A stretch of DNA of 64,000 bases from Selaginella moellendorffii (taxonomy: Eukaryota; Plantae; Lycopodiophyta): positions 1,361,897-1,425,896 of the forward strand of contig NW_003314309.1 in the NCBI RefSeq assembly GCF_000143415.4, written 5' to 3'. The notes below the pieces were generated by a model. The model was not told the origin of the DNA and searched no databases. It saw nothing but the letters and a program-made list of their open reading frames with translations. A program made the position numbers and the translations under genes. Positions 37,643-50,500 of this stretch are shown piece by piece. Position 1 is the stretch's first letter. Each line of letters starts with the position of its first letter.

Positions 37643-38973
37643 TCTGAAAGTGCAGAAAAGAAGTTAAGACCATACAAAAAATGATTGGAGAATGGCCTAA
37701 ATCATAACATACCAAACAACCTCAATAGCATGAGGCCACATGCCATTATTCAAACATGCTATTGACACCCACGTGAAATTTCGCATTCACAAAATTGGCA
37801 TGAGGCCTCATGCCATCTTGATATACACACAGCTGCAGGCAAGTAAAAACATACATGACAATATGCTAGCCATGAAATTGTAAGGGCCCAAGATGGCATG
37901 TGGCCTCATGCCATTTCTAAATGTGGTCCTAAGCAATTCCATGGTGAACATACCAGGAAGCACAAGTGCCAAATATCAAGAGGAAGCAGTAGCCACACCA
38001 AAGACAGTGCCGCTCGCAACACCGCAACTACTCGTAGCGCCGCTCGCAACACCGCAACTGCTCGTAGCGCCACTCGCACAAACTGCCACTCGCATAAACT
38101 GCCGCTCGCAATGGCGCTTGCAATGCCGCAACCGCTCGTAAACGCATAAACCACAGCCCACAACGCCGCTTACACAAGCAGCGCTCACTGCGCTCAGCGG
38201 AACCAAGAACACGGCGCACAAAAATGATAGACCTAGGAATGAGTTCGAGAATTCAAAAATAACACACGCTTGAACGTCACATCAAATCCTTTGACAAACC
38301 AGATCTTATGATTCCTCTGACAAATTTCAAACTGAGTAGCTTCTAGACTTTGCTGTCGGAGGTTGAACTTTGTCACATCATGTCCTTGCCTCGATCCAGC
38401 TGTGCCATGTCAGTGATTCGAACTTTGCCATGCCATGTTAGCGATCCGCGCCAAGATTATTCGCCGTGTAAAGGAATAATTATGCTGTGTGTGTACGTCC
38501 ATTTATGGCAATATAAGGCCACACGCCATTCAAAGAATAATGCTCGACATAAGACCACACGCCATTCAAAGAATAATGCTAGTCGAGCATTTTTTGGTGC
38601 ATTTTTGGGTTCAAAATTGCATGAGCCCACACGCTATAAAGTTTACCTGTACCAAAAATAGAAACAGCTTTATTTACTTGGGAATTTAAGTGGTTGAGGC
38701 ATTTTTAAACTTACAAACACATGCCCTACTTACATTCCTTTGCTTGCTTAAAATTCAAAAATATTATAAACCTTTCTTTTTGCATTTTCAATGTTTTCAA
38801 TTATGGTTTTTGATTTTCGTAGGACCAGCCTAGTAATCTATTTGCATCCCGTCATGTTTATAGCTAGCTTTCGTTTGTCCCCTTCGCTAGCCTGAGATAC
38901 ATCTGCTCGGCATTTGCCTCTTACAGCATTTGCCCAGAAAGGGCATCTTTCTTCATGCAGCATTTGCCACATG

Positions 38974-38999
38974 TTTAGGGTTTAGGGTTTAGGGTTTAG
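38974..38999 (+). repeat. Interstitial plant telomere repeat (TTTAGGG)3 TTTAG
   Basis: Direct reading. Confidence 0.9.
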
Positions 39000-40595
39000 C
39001 AATTCAGTAGCTTGATAAACATGCAAATACAGAACTTGATGCAAAATCCTTTGATATGTCACAATGCCCCTAGAACCATAAACACATTTCAATAGAGAGG
39101 GTCCTTTCATTTCATAACTCCTTATGTAGATCTTGGTGAAACCAGAGTTAGTGAAATTAGTTTCTTGTGATCCCGCATCTGATTGTGATGTCCCTTTGCA
39201 GTTTCGATGGAAAGGTCAATGCACACCAAACTGTAAAATCTTGGAGCAAAATAACGGTCGGATCTATGGCAAATGCCCCTGAAACATTATAAGGCTCGTG
39301 TGGTCTCATGTGGTGTCCGATCGAGATGCTTCTTTGCAGGGTCATCAAGAAAGACATTGTATACCATTCTGTAAAATCTAGTTGCGATCTAACGGTTGGA
39401 TCTCCAGAAAACTCAAAAAAATCTCGCGCGTGTCAGAATATCCTAGGAATATACTCCTATGTGCCCCTGAAAATGGCATGCGGCCCCACGCCATTCAAGA
39501 GATAACGCCAGATGACGCCGAGAATTTTTTGGTGCATTTTTTGGGTTCAAAATTGCATGAGCCCACACGCTATAAAGTTTATCTTTGCCAAATAGAGAAA
39601 AGTTTATCTGTGTCATGTGAGGTAGTTACAGTCCTTTGTGCTCGGCATCTGCCTCTTGCAGCATTTGCACTGAAAGGGAATTTTTCTCCATTCAGCATTT
39701 GGCCCTGAAAATGGCATGCGCCCACACACCATTCAAAGAATAACGCCACAGGACGCCTGGATTTTTGGGTTTAAAATGTTTAAGGTTTTTTGGGTTTTTT
39801 CAAAATATTTTGGGTCCAACATTTTTTGGGTTTCTTTGGTTCAAAATTGCATGAGCCCACACGCTATAATATTGATTTGAGAGAAAAATAGAAACAGATA
39901 GAATTTCTTTATTTAGCTGAACATCTGCCATTTTTGGAAATACAAGATGCTTTGGAATATCCAATCATGCATGGTATAAATATAGCGAGGGTATTAAATG
40001 ATATCCCAATCATGATCTTTCTTTTGGATTTCGCGTGCATGCAGTCCGAGGAATGATGACGTTGCGGATTTCTTTTGGATTTTGCGTGCTTGCATGCGCG
40101 CGGCAATCCAGAAATTAATGGTGGCGCCCAAGTCCGAGGAATGATGACGTGGCGGGATTACCAACCGTTGTGACATTTCGCGCGTGTGAGGTTAGGTTTT
40201 GCATTTTGCTTTGTACTCGCGCTCGCACACTCGCGCTCGCGCTCGCATCACACTCGCGCTCCCGCTCGCATCGCGCTCCCACTCGCGATCACGCTCACTT
40301 CTCTACAGGTTTCTCGTGTGCATCGGCGTCCACTCGCGCTTGCATCACACTCGCGCTCGCATCGCGCTCGTGTGCATCGGCGTCCACTTCAAGACACACC
40401 CAGTTTGTAACTTTGCCGCCAACTCCGCCGCCCACTCCGCCACCCACACGCAGCCCACTTGGCGTCCCGGGAGATTTCAGCGCCACTCTCCAACTGTAAG
40501 TGGCAGAGTAGCCTTGCTGCTACGATCTGCTGCACACACAGTGCACATTCGCCAGCGAGTCCGGCCTCGATTGTCACGCCTCCATTCGGCTTCAA

Positions 40596-43500
40596 ATGGT
40601 AAGTCTTTTAGGCCAAGTAGAAAATGGCATGAGGCCACATGCCATTCAGTAGCAACATTGGCATGCACCGATTGGGCTCTCGAGTGCAGTCCGGTTACAG
40701 ATGGCGTGTAGCCTCACGCCATCTTAGGATGCAGCCTCAAGACATCTGATGCAGTGGTGAATGGCGTGTGGCCTCACGTTATTTCCAGCTGCTAGCTTTT
40801 CATCTGTCAGCTCTAATTGTTGTGCATTTCTGAACAGGCGAGGAATTGCGTTCTTCTTCCAGCCACTGTCAATGTGGATGCAGAGAAGGGGGAGGAGCTC
40901 ACCAGTTGGACTTTCGGGATGGAAGGCGAGGATCTAATGCTGTACAACACAGATGGTGGGAGAAAAGAATGCATGGGGATCCTCATCCAAGTGACAGACA
41001 CTCCATGCAGTTCCATGCAAGAATATGGACTGGCACTTGTGGTAGAGACAGCGTCCGCCTTCAAGATCCACCTTGCACATCCTAGCGGCTTCCCAGAGGG
41101 GGGCAGCGGCTATGAGGAATTCCTAGAGGGAGCTAGGGAGAGGTTGTCCAGGAGGCCCACAATTTCAAAGACGCTGCGGGTCTATGAAGATCACATGGAA
41201 TCCACGGACCTCACCTACGGCGATGTTCAAAAACTATATTCCAACATTGAGCCGTTGAGAGTGCCTCCAGTTTGCGAAGCGAAGGGGAAGGGGGTCGATC
41301 TGGAAACTACCCCGAAGCAGAAAAGGGTGGTCAAGCTCAAGCCGACGTCCGACTCTGCTGCTCCAAAAAAGAAGCTACTCGGTGATGCCATTGCCTCGGG
41401 TTCGAACACTACACCCACCAAAAAGAAGAGCCGCAAAGAGCAGAAAGAGCAAGAAGAGGCAGCAAAAATCGTCGCAGATAATAGTACTTGTTACTATTCC
41501 AACAAAGTATATACAATCGACGTGAGCCGTATCGACATCCAAAGCAAATATAACCACAGGCTAGTATCTGATGAGTGGGTGGAGAAACTGAAGCAGAAGA
41601 TGCTGGCAAGTCCAGTAACACCCGACATCGCAGACGTGATCCCCTACTACCGATCAGTATCCAAATTTCATTAAGAGGGATGTCGACCGCCGGCTTCAGA
41701 AATAGCTCGACCCCGCAGCAGAGGCCTATCGAGAACATTACCGGGTATACGTGAATTCGGATGAGGATCAAAGGTGGAGGAGCATCGTTTCCCGCGGAGA
41801 TGAGCAGGTCAAGAACATCTTTTGTGTGATGGACTTCACAAACGAGGAGATCACTCATGCAGACGAAGTCAGCTCCATCATTGACTTAATGGTGGGACTT
41901 GCGGAGGTGGAATCTTCAGTCCACTATATGATCTACGACTCCGAATCCTATCACAAGTTCTGGAAGGCCTTGAACGAGGTGAAGGCTCGGTTGAAAGGCA
42001 AGGAGATGCGGGAGATCCATGGGATAATGGCTAAGAAGAAGATACCGACGAATGTCCGCATCTTCACAGTCGCCCTTGTTATTGGTCCTGCAGCAGAGTG
42101 GGACTGGAGTGACTTCCCAGCTTCGTTCAATAAAGCCGATCAAGCCAGTCACCACCTAAAGGAGCCAATCACCACCTTCTGACTCAGATTCCTATGGCGG
42201 ACTCCTCTTCCCCAATCTCAATGGAGAGGTACAATGGATGAGGGATGCTTTTCAAGTCAGGGCCACGTTTTTCTCATCTCGTCATCTTCAAAGGGTGCAA
42301 GAACGTGCAGAAACCATGTTAAGACAGTCGGGTGAGGATACGGTCCTAGGTCACGCACTAAAACAGGCTATGGATGTCTTGTATTTTGAGATGGAGACTC
42401 GGCCAGATGATTTTCCCAAGATGGTCCTGGAAAAACAAGCCATCCAGCCTGAGCAGCCTATGAAAGAAATGCAAGAGGGGGATGAGGAGCCAGAGAAAGA
42501 TAATGAGCAGGAAGAGCAGAAGGACGAAGAGGAGGACAAAGAAGAGGAGGACGAAGAAGAGGAGGATGAAGAAGAGGAGGACGAAGAGGACTTGGATGGT
42601 CCTCACAATGGTGACGATCACAATAACGACGATGACGATGATGACGACGATGGCCAGCCTGAGGTGGCCAAAGAGCAGCGGAGGAAGGTCATACAAGACA
42701 AACCATCAGGTAAATAATAGTACATCCATTCCTAACCTTTTACCATTTCTAACATTGTCTATGTAGGTCGCAGAAGAAATGGTAAGTAGAGATTATTCAG
42801 TTGAATTAAGATACAAACTCTAGCCTTTAGTGTCGAGGAAGGATAGTGCCAAGCAAGGGTCGAAACGTATGTCCAATCCTTCAGAATCAGCAGTGCGCCC
42901 AAGTGATATCGGTCCTAGTTCCTCAATAGCAGTTGATGGTAAATACAGTATAGTCGATTCAATGTGCTAATGAGTTTATTTTTAGTAGCACGGGAGGATA
43001 CCATCTCAATCGAAGGGAGATATTTGGACATGCATATGGATCCGCCAGTGGACTCTACTTGCCTGCAAGAGTCATCAGAGCTGGTGGAGGCTACTATCCA
43101 TATCAACGCCAAGCAAGCTGACCACGCTCCACTTGATGCTGCCCATACCACTGAGTCAATCTTGTCCACGTATCCAACTGATGGTGACCAGGCGCCATTG
43201 GACCCACATGAGGCCGCCCCAGCCGCCGAGCCGGTCGTATCCTCATTTCCAACGTGTGCCCAATCGTCTGACTACGCGCCGTTGGAACCTCCCTACACCG
43301 CCCCTGCTGCCTATTCGGTCATGTCCACTTTGCCAACGGAGGCACCAGCTGAAATGGCGTGTGATCACACGCCATCGGAACCACCCCATGCCACTGTTGA
43401 GCCAGTTGTACCAGAGTCTACAGCTGAAATGGCATGTGCCCACACGCCATCGGATGCGATTGACCCCACATTGCAGAGGAGAGTATTTCCGCCCTTCACG

Positions 43501-44548
43501 TTTCCTCGACCAAAACCCTCTGAACGACCATCGGGAGCACCATTCGCTAATATTGTAGATGGTAAAATTGACTTGTACCATTTTTTATGCTGACGCATTT
43601 CATTTCAGAGTCACGGCGAAAGTACTGTATCGTTTTTGATCTGAATGGTGTCCTTTTCTCCCATGAGCGTGGCTCGTCCTCGAATGTCACTGNNNNNNNN
43701 NNNNNNNNNNNNNNNNNNNNNNNNNNNNNNNNNNNNNNNNNNNNNNNNNNNNNNNNNNNNNNNNNNNNNNNNNNNNNNNNNNNNNNNNNNNNGGTCAAAA
43801 GAGACAGATTCACTACAATAATGACCATGCGGCGGCAACTGCGGGATCTATTAATGACCATGCGACACTAAAACAGAGGGCGGGGTTCAATTTGCAATTG
43901 GGAGTTTGGACATCCATGATGCGCCACAATGCATTAACGTTGCTACAGATGATGCACGATCAGACGCGAGTAATATTACCATTTGACTTTCTCCTAACGC
44001 AGGAGGATTGCTTGACTATGGTCCATGTGAGGGGTAGCAAGCCCATCTTCGTCAAGGCAGAGGCTGTAGTGATGAACCGGACTGCTAGGTCAAGTGAAAT
44101 CCTCATCATCGATGACTCGCCGATTAAAACTGCAGCGAACACGCACACATATGCAGTGCACCCCATCTCTTGCAGTATGGAAACTAGGGAGAAGAAACCG
44201 TATGTTCTGGGGGACCTTGCAAAACGGCTTGAAGCGATGGTGATAGAGAACCGGCCAGTCCAGGAGGTGGCTGCAGAAATCAACCAAATGGCAGATGGAA
44301 CGGTATATCAGAAGCCATTTGATCGGACAGACACCAGTCATCATTTATGGCATGTATATTGTCTAGCCAAGCACTATCCGCATCTCCATAATTTGCTCAA
44401 CCGGATGGGTTCTTCGACCACTGAACATGAGCGTGGACGTATTAGAGAAGAGATGGCATTACTATTGGGTTTAAATCCTGATAGTGTGGAGAGTGATGAA
44501 ATTCCAAGATTATTGTATAGGCATTGGAGGCAAAAAATAACAGTCTGA
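40596..44548 (+). pseudogene. Multi-exon transposon cargo gene: basic region, ParB-like start, unknown globular region, acidic tract, Pro-rich repeats, C-terminal FCP1-like HAD phosphatase domain
   Basis: ATG|GTAAG at 40596, acceptor at 40837; ORFs 40817-41674, 41751-42182, 42238-42717, 42964-43593, 43892-44548; HAD motifs IVFDLNGVL, GVWTSMM, KPIFVK, IIDDSPIK; in-frame stops and an N gap present. Confidence 0.7.
43693..43792. other. Assembly gap (N run); a second gap lies at 50099-50203
   Basis: Runs of n. Confidence 1.
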
Positions 44549-47500
44549 GATGGCATGTATTTATTTAAAAATGTAACTTATTATGGCATGGGGTTCCATG
44601 CCATTGTGTTAATATTAAAAGACAATTCTTTGAGAGGATTTGCATTATACTAGAAGTGTTACAGCATGTTATTGGAAGTCTGCGAAGTTGTTTTATTAAT
44701 AAGGGGAAAGTAAAGATTGAATGGGGACTTGGGCTCCACCTAGACTCGGAGCAACTTAGCCAATATTAAAAGGATGGAAAGAAATTGGACGACGATGACA
44801 AGGAGAAGAGAGAGGTGAAGCAGTGGCAGGGGGAGGAGAAGTGATTGAGTAGACATTTCCTTGTTTAAAATAAAATGGCATGTGCCTCAATGCAATTGAA
44901 TTTTGTTATATTTATATACTATATAAAGGTTTGGAAACCTTATTTTACAAGTGGGATAATGACAATTCCCACTTTAACGAAATAGAGCTTAACCCTCCTG
45001 AGCAAAGAAACCAAACCCGTCGGTAAGGTTTAGATAGACTACTGTAAACAGGCAGTTAGAGTTGTTTACACGGTCACGCCCTTTCGAACGGAATAAGGAA
45101 CAGCGATAAAGAGGCGGGTTATGTGACCAGTCCACAGTAGCTACCCCATGACTAGAGATTTCACCATGCACACGAAGTGCCGAAGCCAGTCTGCCTATAC
45201 TGGCCCAAACTCAAAGATTAATAGATGGACAATATCAAAGTCATAGACAATGATATCTTAGAGACTTAATTATCAATGAGTATATCTTAGATTAGAACAC
45301 AAAAGTATTCCAAGTAAGTTATCATCCGATAAACTAGTAGTATAGTACAGGAACCACCAAGATCATCACGTTTGGAAAACATAGGATTGACCATCCAACA
45401 AAATTCAATAGCAAATATATCATCAAGGAAACTCAATGATGAAACTTAACTACTGAAGATGGCAGATAGTATGCCGAACAACTTACCAAAGATAACTCAA
45501 AGAACACAAAGTATCATCGATTGGCAAGCAAAATGCTCGCGAATGTATCACCTAAAGGAAATAACATCCCAAATCTGTCAGAACTAACTTGAGCAACAAT
45601 CAACAGAAGAGAATGAATGCGGTAAGACCAACAAACACTCAGTCCTGCCAATTATCACAAAAGCCAATCTGAATAGATCCCAGCCAATAATACCAAGGAA
45701 CTCAAGTTGCCTAAGCAAGTGTCAGCAACATCCTATTGATGTCTCAAACCCAAGAAACCAATCCAGAGCAAATCACAAAGAACATGTGATATTGCGAAAA
45801 GCCACAAGCCATTAAAGAGAACAACTAACCACCATGAAAGATCATCAATCATCCTATCAATAAAGAAATGCATAATCATCATCAAAGAAAGAATCTACTA
45901 TCCCGAAGAACAGCAAATCATTCTATACCAACAATAATCAAGCAAAACCTTTTGATAAAGATAATCAATTATCCTAGATGATAGTCAATCATCACCAATG
46001 ATTGCTAAATGCAAATACTAACTTCATCGAAGCTAACAAGCCAAAATATCTTCCCCAACAACTTCTAACAAATGGAACAATGAGCATAAAACTCAAAGAA
46101 CCAAAAGCTTGAAGAAGTCTATAGCCAAGTCTTTCCGAACAATGATCACAAGTCTTGCATGAACTAATTTCAATGCTAAAGAAGAAGTTATGGTGCAACC
46201 CACAATATCTTCCTTAACACATCCATAAGCTAAACTTTATAATGCCAAAGCTAATGAAGAGCATACCTGCATCAATCCAAAAGCCAAGCATAATGAAATT
46301 ATGCTCAACAAATGACCACTAAATGATCCTCCATGAATCCATCCATAGTAAGACGTAACTCACTTCATAACAAGCACAAGAAGAATCATCAATGATCGAT
46401 ATATTCTAACTCAAATCCAATAAGGATTTAAATATTCCAATAGCAATCACTAACTCTTCCTCTCGTAAAGCTAGTATAGTCCACGACTAAATCACTTTTC
46501 AAGGAAAAGCCAAAGCTCAATCTTTACTAAACAATCTCGTCTAGAACACAACTAACTCAAACTTGCCACTCAGTTCATGTGAACATCAAGACAGTTGCTA
46601 ACTAGCAAATGCACGAATGCCAATAACACAAAATCATAGCCAAATCATCAACACTATTTTCATCGAGACTAATGACACTCAATATCAATCCTATGGAGAG
46701 ACATCTCATTTCACTCGAATCTCAACCTCAATAATGTCAACGACAAGGCATCACTTTAATGCCATCAACAACAAAATAAAGCTAGAAGAAAGCACGAGTG
46801 TATCACCACTCAAAGCTCTCTAGCAACCAAGCTAACCAAGGTCAAAGATACTTTAGTCAATATTTGAGACCAATCTTTCAGCAAAACTCAGTTATAGATA
46901 ACATTTCATCAAAGAGTGAATCACCACATCCAAGACTCAATGAAATCCGACACCACGAACTAAACGCAACCAAATGATATCAACAGAGGTAGAGTTGACA
47001 TGCCAACATGGAAAACCCATGTAAGTTAAATGACATGATCCTCCGCAACACCATCCGGTAAAGTAAACCCATCACTGCTAAATCTTCATCGAGCGAAGCA
47101 AGTGTTTAACAGTTCTCGACGAAGTCTACAAGCAACCATTAGTCGCAAAGCAACTAACCATCACTTTTTCAACTTGCTTTCACGAGACCCAGACACTAAA
47201 CTCACGCCATTGAGTTACACACTTGTCCAACATGAACATAATACCCCACATATGAGATAAAGGTTCATGGACAAGCACAAACTAAATGACCACTCGAATC
47301 CAACTCAACCGCGATAAACTCATCAATACATCTAGTCAATAGCTCTGAGCATGCCCTTGAAGAGGCTAGCTATACATGACCAACACTTAGTCGAAGCTAA
47401 AGTGAAGATTATGAGATGGACTCATATCAGTACACAACCTCCTTATAGACAAAGCTATAGTATGGGTACTAACATCTCAAACTCAAACAATTAAGTTGAA

Positions 47501-50500
47501 CATCACCATCCTTAGCCAAGGTGCAAAGCCACCAAGACCAAATCAAGATCAGTGAAAGCTCACTACTCTCATAGAGTCTAAACAAAATGCAAGGTGCAAC
47601 CTGCTACCAAGCATAATGCCACAAAAGAAAGGCACAAGGGTCACCTTTCTTAGAAAAGTGCAACGGCCACTTTTCTACACCAACTCCAGACTCTATCCAA
47701 CTCAATTGATTTAGCCCCAAAAGTCAGCATCCCTTTCAGGCTGCATCATAAAAACTACCTACTAAGGTTTAAGCTAACCTAAGTCAACTCCAACCCTTTC
47801 ACTAGTTTGTATTAGCTTATGAAAACAGAAAGGTTTTCGGACAAAGTGATCAACAGGTCAGCCATTGGAAAAGCCTAAGAAAATTTGTGGAAAATTTTCC
47901 ATCCTAGAGAAGGAACGACTCTCAGTCCAGGAATACAAACTTTCAAGACTCAACCAACTTCCTCCTATTTACAACTTCACATAGGTTCACCTTAACACAA
48001 ATTCTCATGACCCATAGTATGCTTAAGCCTCGAACATCTCTTTTTGCCCATACTTCTGACATCCAACACCGACATCCGCAGAATGCAAAATGAACATCTA
48101 AAGCTTGATCACGATAACCACATCTTCGGATATTCACATTGCATTAACACTTTTCTTCAATCACCTTCAAGATCCAATGTGAAGCCAAAACACTAACAAG
48201 AAAAATGACATAGAAAATCAAGCTCTAAGGAAAATCCCTCATCACTCGAATCAGCAATGCCACTTCCACTAACACAAGTGCTAGCGATATCAATGCCTTA
48301 ACTACACACCTTTTCCATCCAACAATCTACTCCAAGTGCTAATGGATAAACCAACAAGCCAAAGCAAATGAATGCTATAACCCTTTTCCAACACCTTATG
48401 GGCCAACTCTCAAAGGAACAATGTACCAACTTAAGCTTAGCATAATGGACCACTATCGAGAATCCTATCAAAGCTACTACAATGCTACTACTTGTAAGTA
48501 GACTAGTTTCTCCATCAACCACTTTGGGGTTGATCATTGTTTAACCAAGCAACTTCGTAAACACATTGCTCACTATCACATGGATATGATATAAGTATCA
48601 CAATGACTTGATCATCAATTGAGCGACACCACAAGCAATGCCAATGTCATTACTTCAAAGGTTTATGTGAGTATCAAGTGCCAATTCAATTCGACAAAAT
48701 GCAACATAAATGCCACACTCCACCGATAGAGACTTACAACACCCAACATCCTTAAGTTTTGTTCACAACACGGATAAGCTCATGCCACTCTCTATCCAAC
48801 CAAACTCAAAACTAATCCAACACCAAGCTACTCAAGGAGCAATAGCAAGGTTCTCCAGAAAAGAATTGAACATTGCAACCCAAGTCTTCCAATAGCAAGC
48901 TTAGACAAAATGGTATAGTGTTTCACCACTATCCATCCCATAACTCACCATTTGTAAGACCATCATCTCCAAGATGCATCAAGGTAGGGAATCTTGATTG
49001 CATAATATGAACATGAGCAATGAGTCAGCACCTCATTGCAAATCATCTCTCCAAGAAGAGAAAATGATTTACATATTTGATCCTTCATCCCCGATGACTC
49101 TCTTTTCGGTCTCATCTTTGACTAAACCTCAAGCTTGCTTTCACATTGCCTTCAGTCCAATCCAAGAAAAGTTTATGAGAGAGCATAACAATGACTACTT
49201 GAACCAATAGACTAATCCCTACAGTCTTGGTTGACTCACTTGTAATCATGCATAGGAAGGATCTACTAGTGCCGTGCTAAATAGCTACGGACTAGCCTAT
49301 TTGCCACTCATAGCAAACTCAGGGAAGGTTTGCTTTTACCCACGGTACATGGAACAACTCATAGAACCACCAATAGGTTAACATTAATCCTGCCAACTCA
49401 AAGTATAACCTTGAATTGCTAATGTGCCTCACTCACGAGTCCAAACTCAAACTCGTGCGAACGGAACAACTCAATCCCTCTTGTGAGCCCAAGCTCAAGC
49501 TCACATCATAAAGTACAATAAGGTAACCAAGATCCATACCCAAGGAACGATTGCGAAGCCTTTGCACCAAACGTGTACCCACTCGGATCATCGTTTTCAT
49601 CTCTGCGTATGCAACGAGACTAGTTGCCCAATCTCATTGGATAGTACTCGCTGAGAGTCATCCTCTGATACCAAATGTAGCGCACGTGGTTTTGACCCTT
49701 TATCCTATAGTGATTTACCATAGGATAACACTACGAAGCGGAACCTAAACCCTCTTTGTGCCACGTGACAGATGCCATGTGTCACATGCCACGTGTCCAC
49801 AGGAACCCGAGGTTCAAGGCCTTGGGCCATTGAACGAAGGAACGGTGCCAAACTCCCAAGCATGGAGCCAAGGAGTGACGGAACCGAACCACGGAGCAAC
49901 TCCCGAGCATAAAGCCCAAGGAGCGAAGGGACAGGAGCCTGGAGTGACTTGGAACAGTCCTGGAGCAACCAGCATCCCAGTGCCAGGACCAGCATGCAAA
50001 ATGGAGCCAAACGGAGTCTGGCGCTTTTTCGGCATACCGTGGCCTAACGCGAGATATGGGTACTCCACCAACTAGCATGGAATGGAACTTGGGCTTAGNN
50101 NNNNNNNNNNNNNNNNNNNNNNNNNNNNNNNNNNNNNNNNNNNNNNNNNNNNNNNNNNNNNNNNNNNNNNNNNNNNNNNNNNNNNNNNNNNNNNNNNNNN
50201 NNNGGAACCCCCCCCCCCCCCCCCCCCCCTTGAGGAACACACGCTTTGGGCTTTCACCCCAAGCCTCCTTTAGTATCAAGAGTTAGTCTCTGGGACAAGC
50301 TCGAAACTTACTAAATATGGAATGTCTTTAGATTGCAAATTTGGACACGGGACGAACACCATTGTGTTCAGGCCGATCTCTACATTCCGTAGATATGCCA
50401 AATGAGCAAATCTTGACACTTTCCATAAATAGCATTTGGGACCGAAATGAGACTAACACAAAGGGCATGATAGCAAGGGTGTTTGGCAGACACGGTAAGC

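Larger units (their letters stand above)
33375..44990. mobile_element. 11.6-kb TIR DNA transposon, Sola-like, with divergent transposase and cargo genes
   Basis: TIRs ATGCTCTATTTCGTTAAAGTGGGA (33375-33398) and TCCCACTTTAACGAAATAGAGCTT (44967-44990), 23/24 match; 4-bp TSD AACC (33371-33374 and 44991-44994). Confidence 0.9.

Noticed and set aside
33375-44990. CACTA classification of the DNA transposon
   Set aside because: Ends are not CACTA/G, the TSD is 4 bp, and the catalytic motifs differ from TnpD
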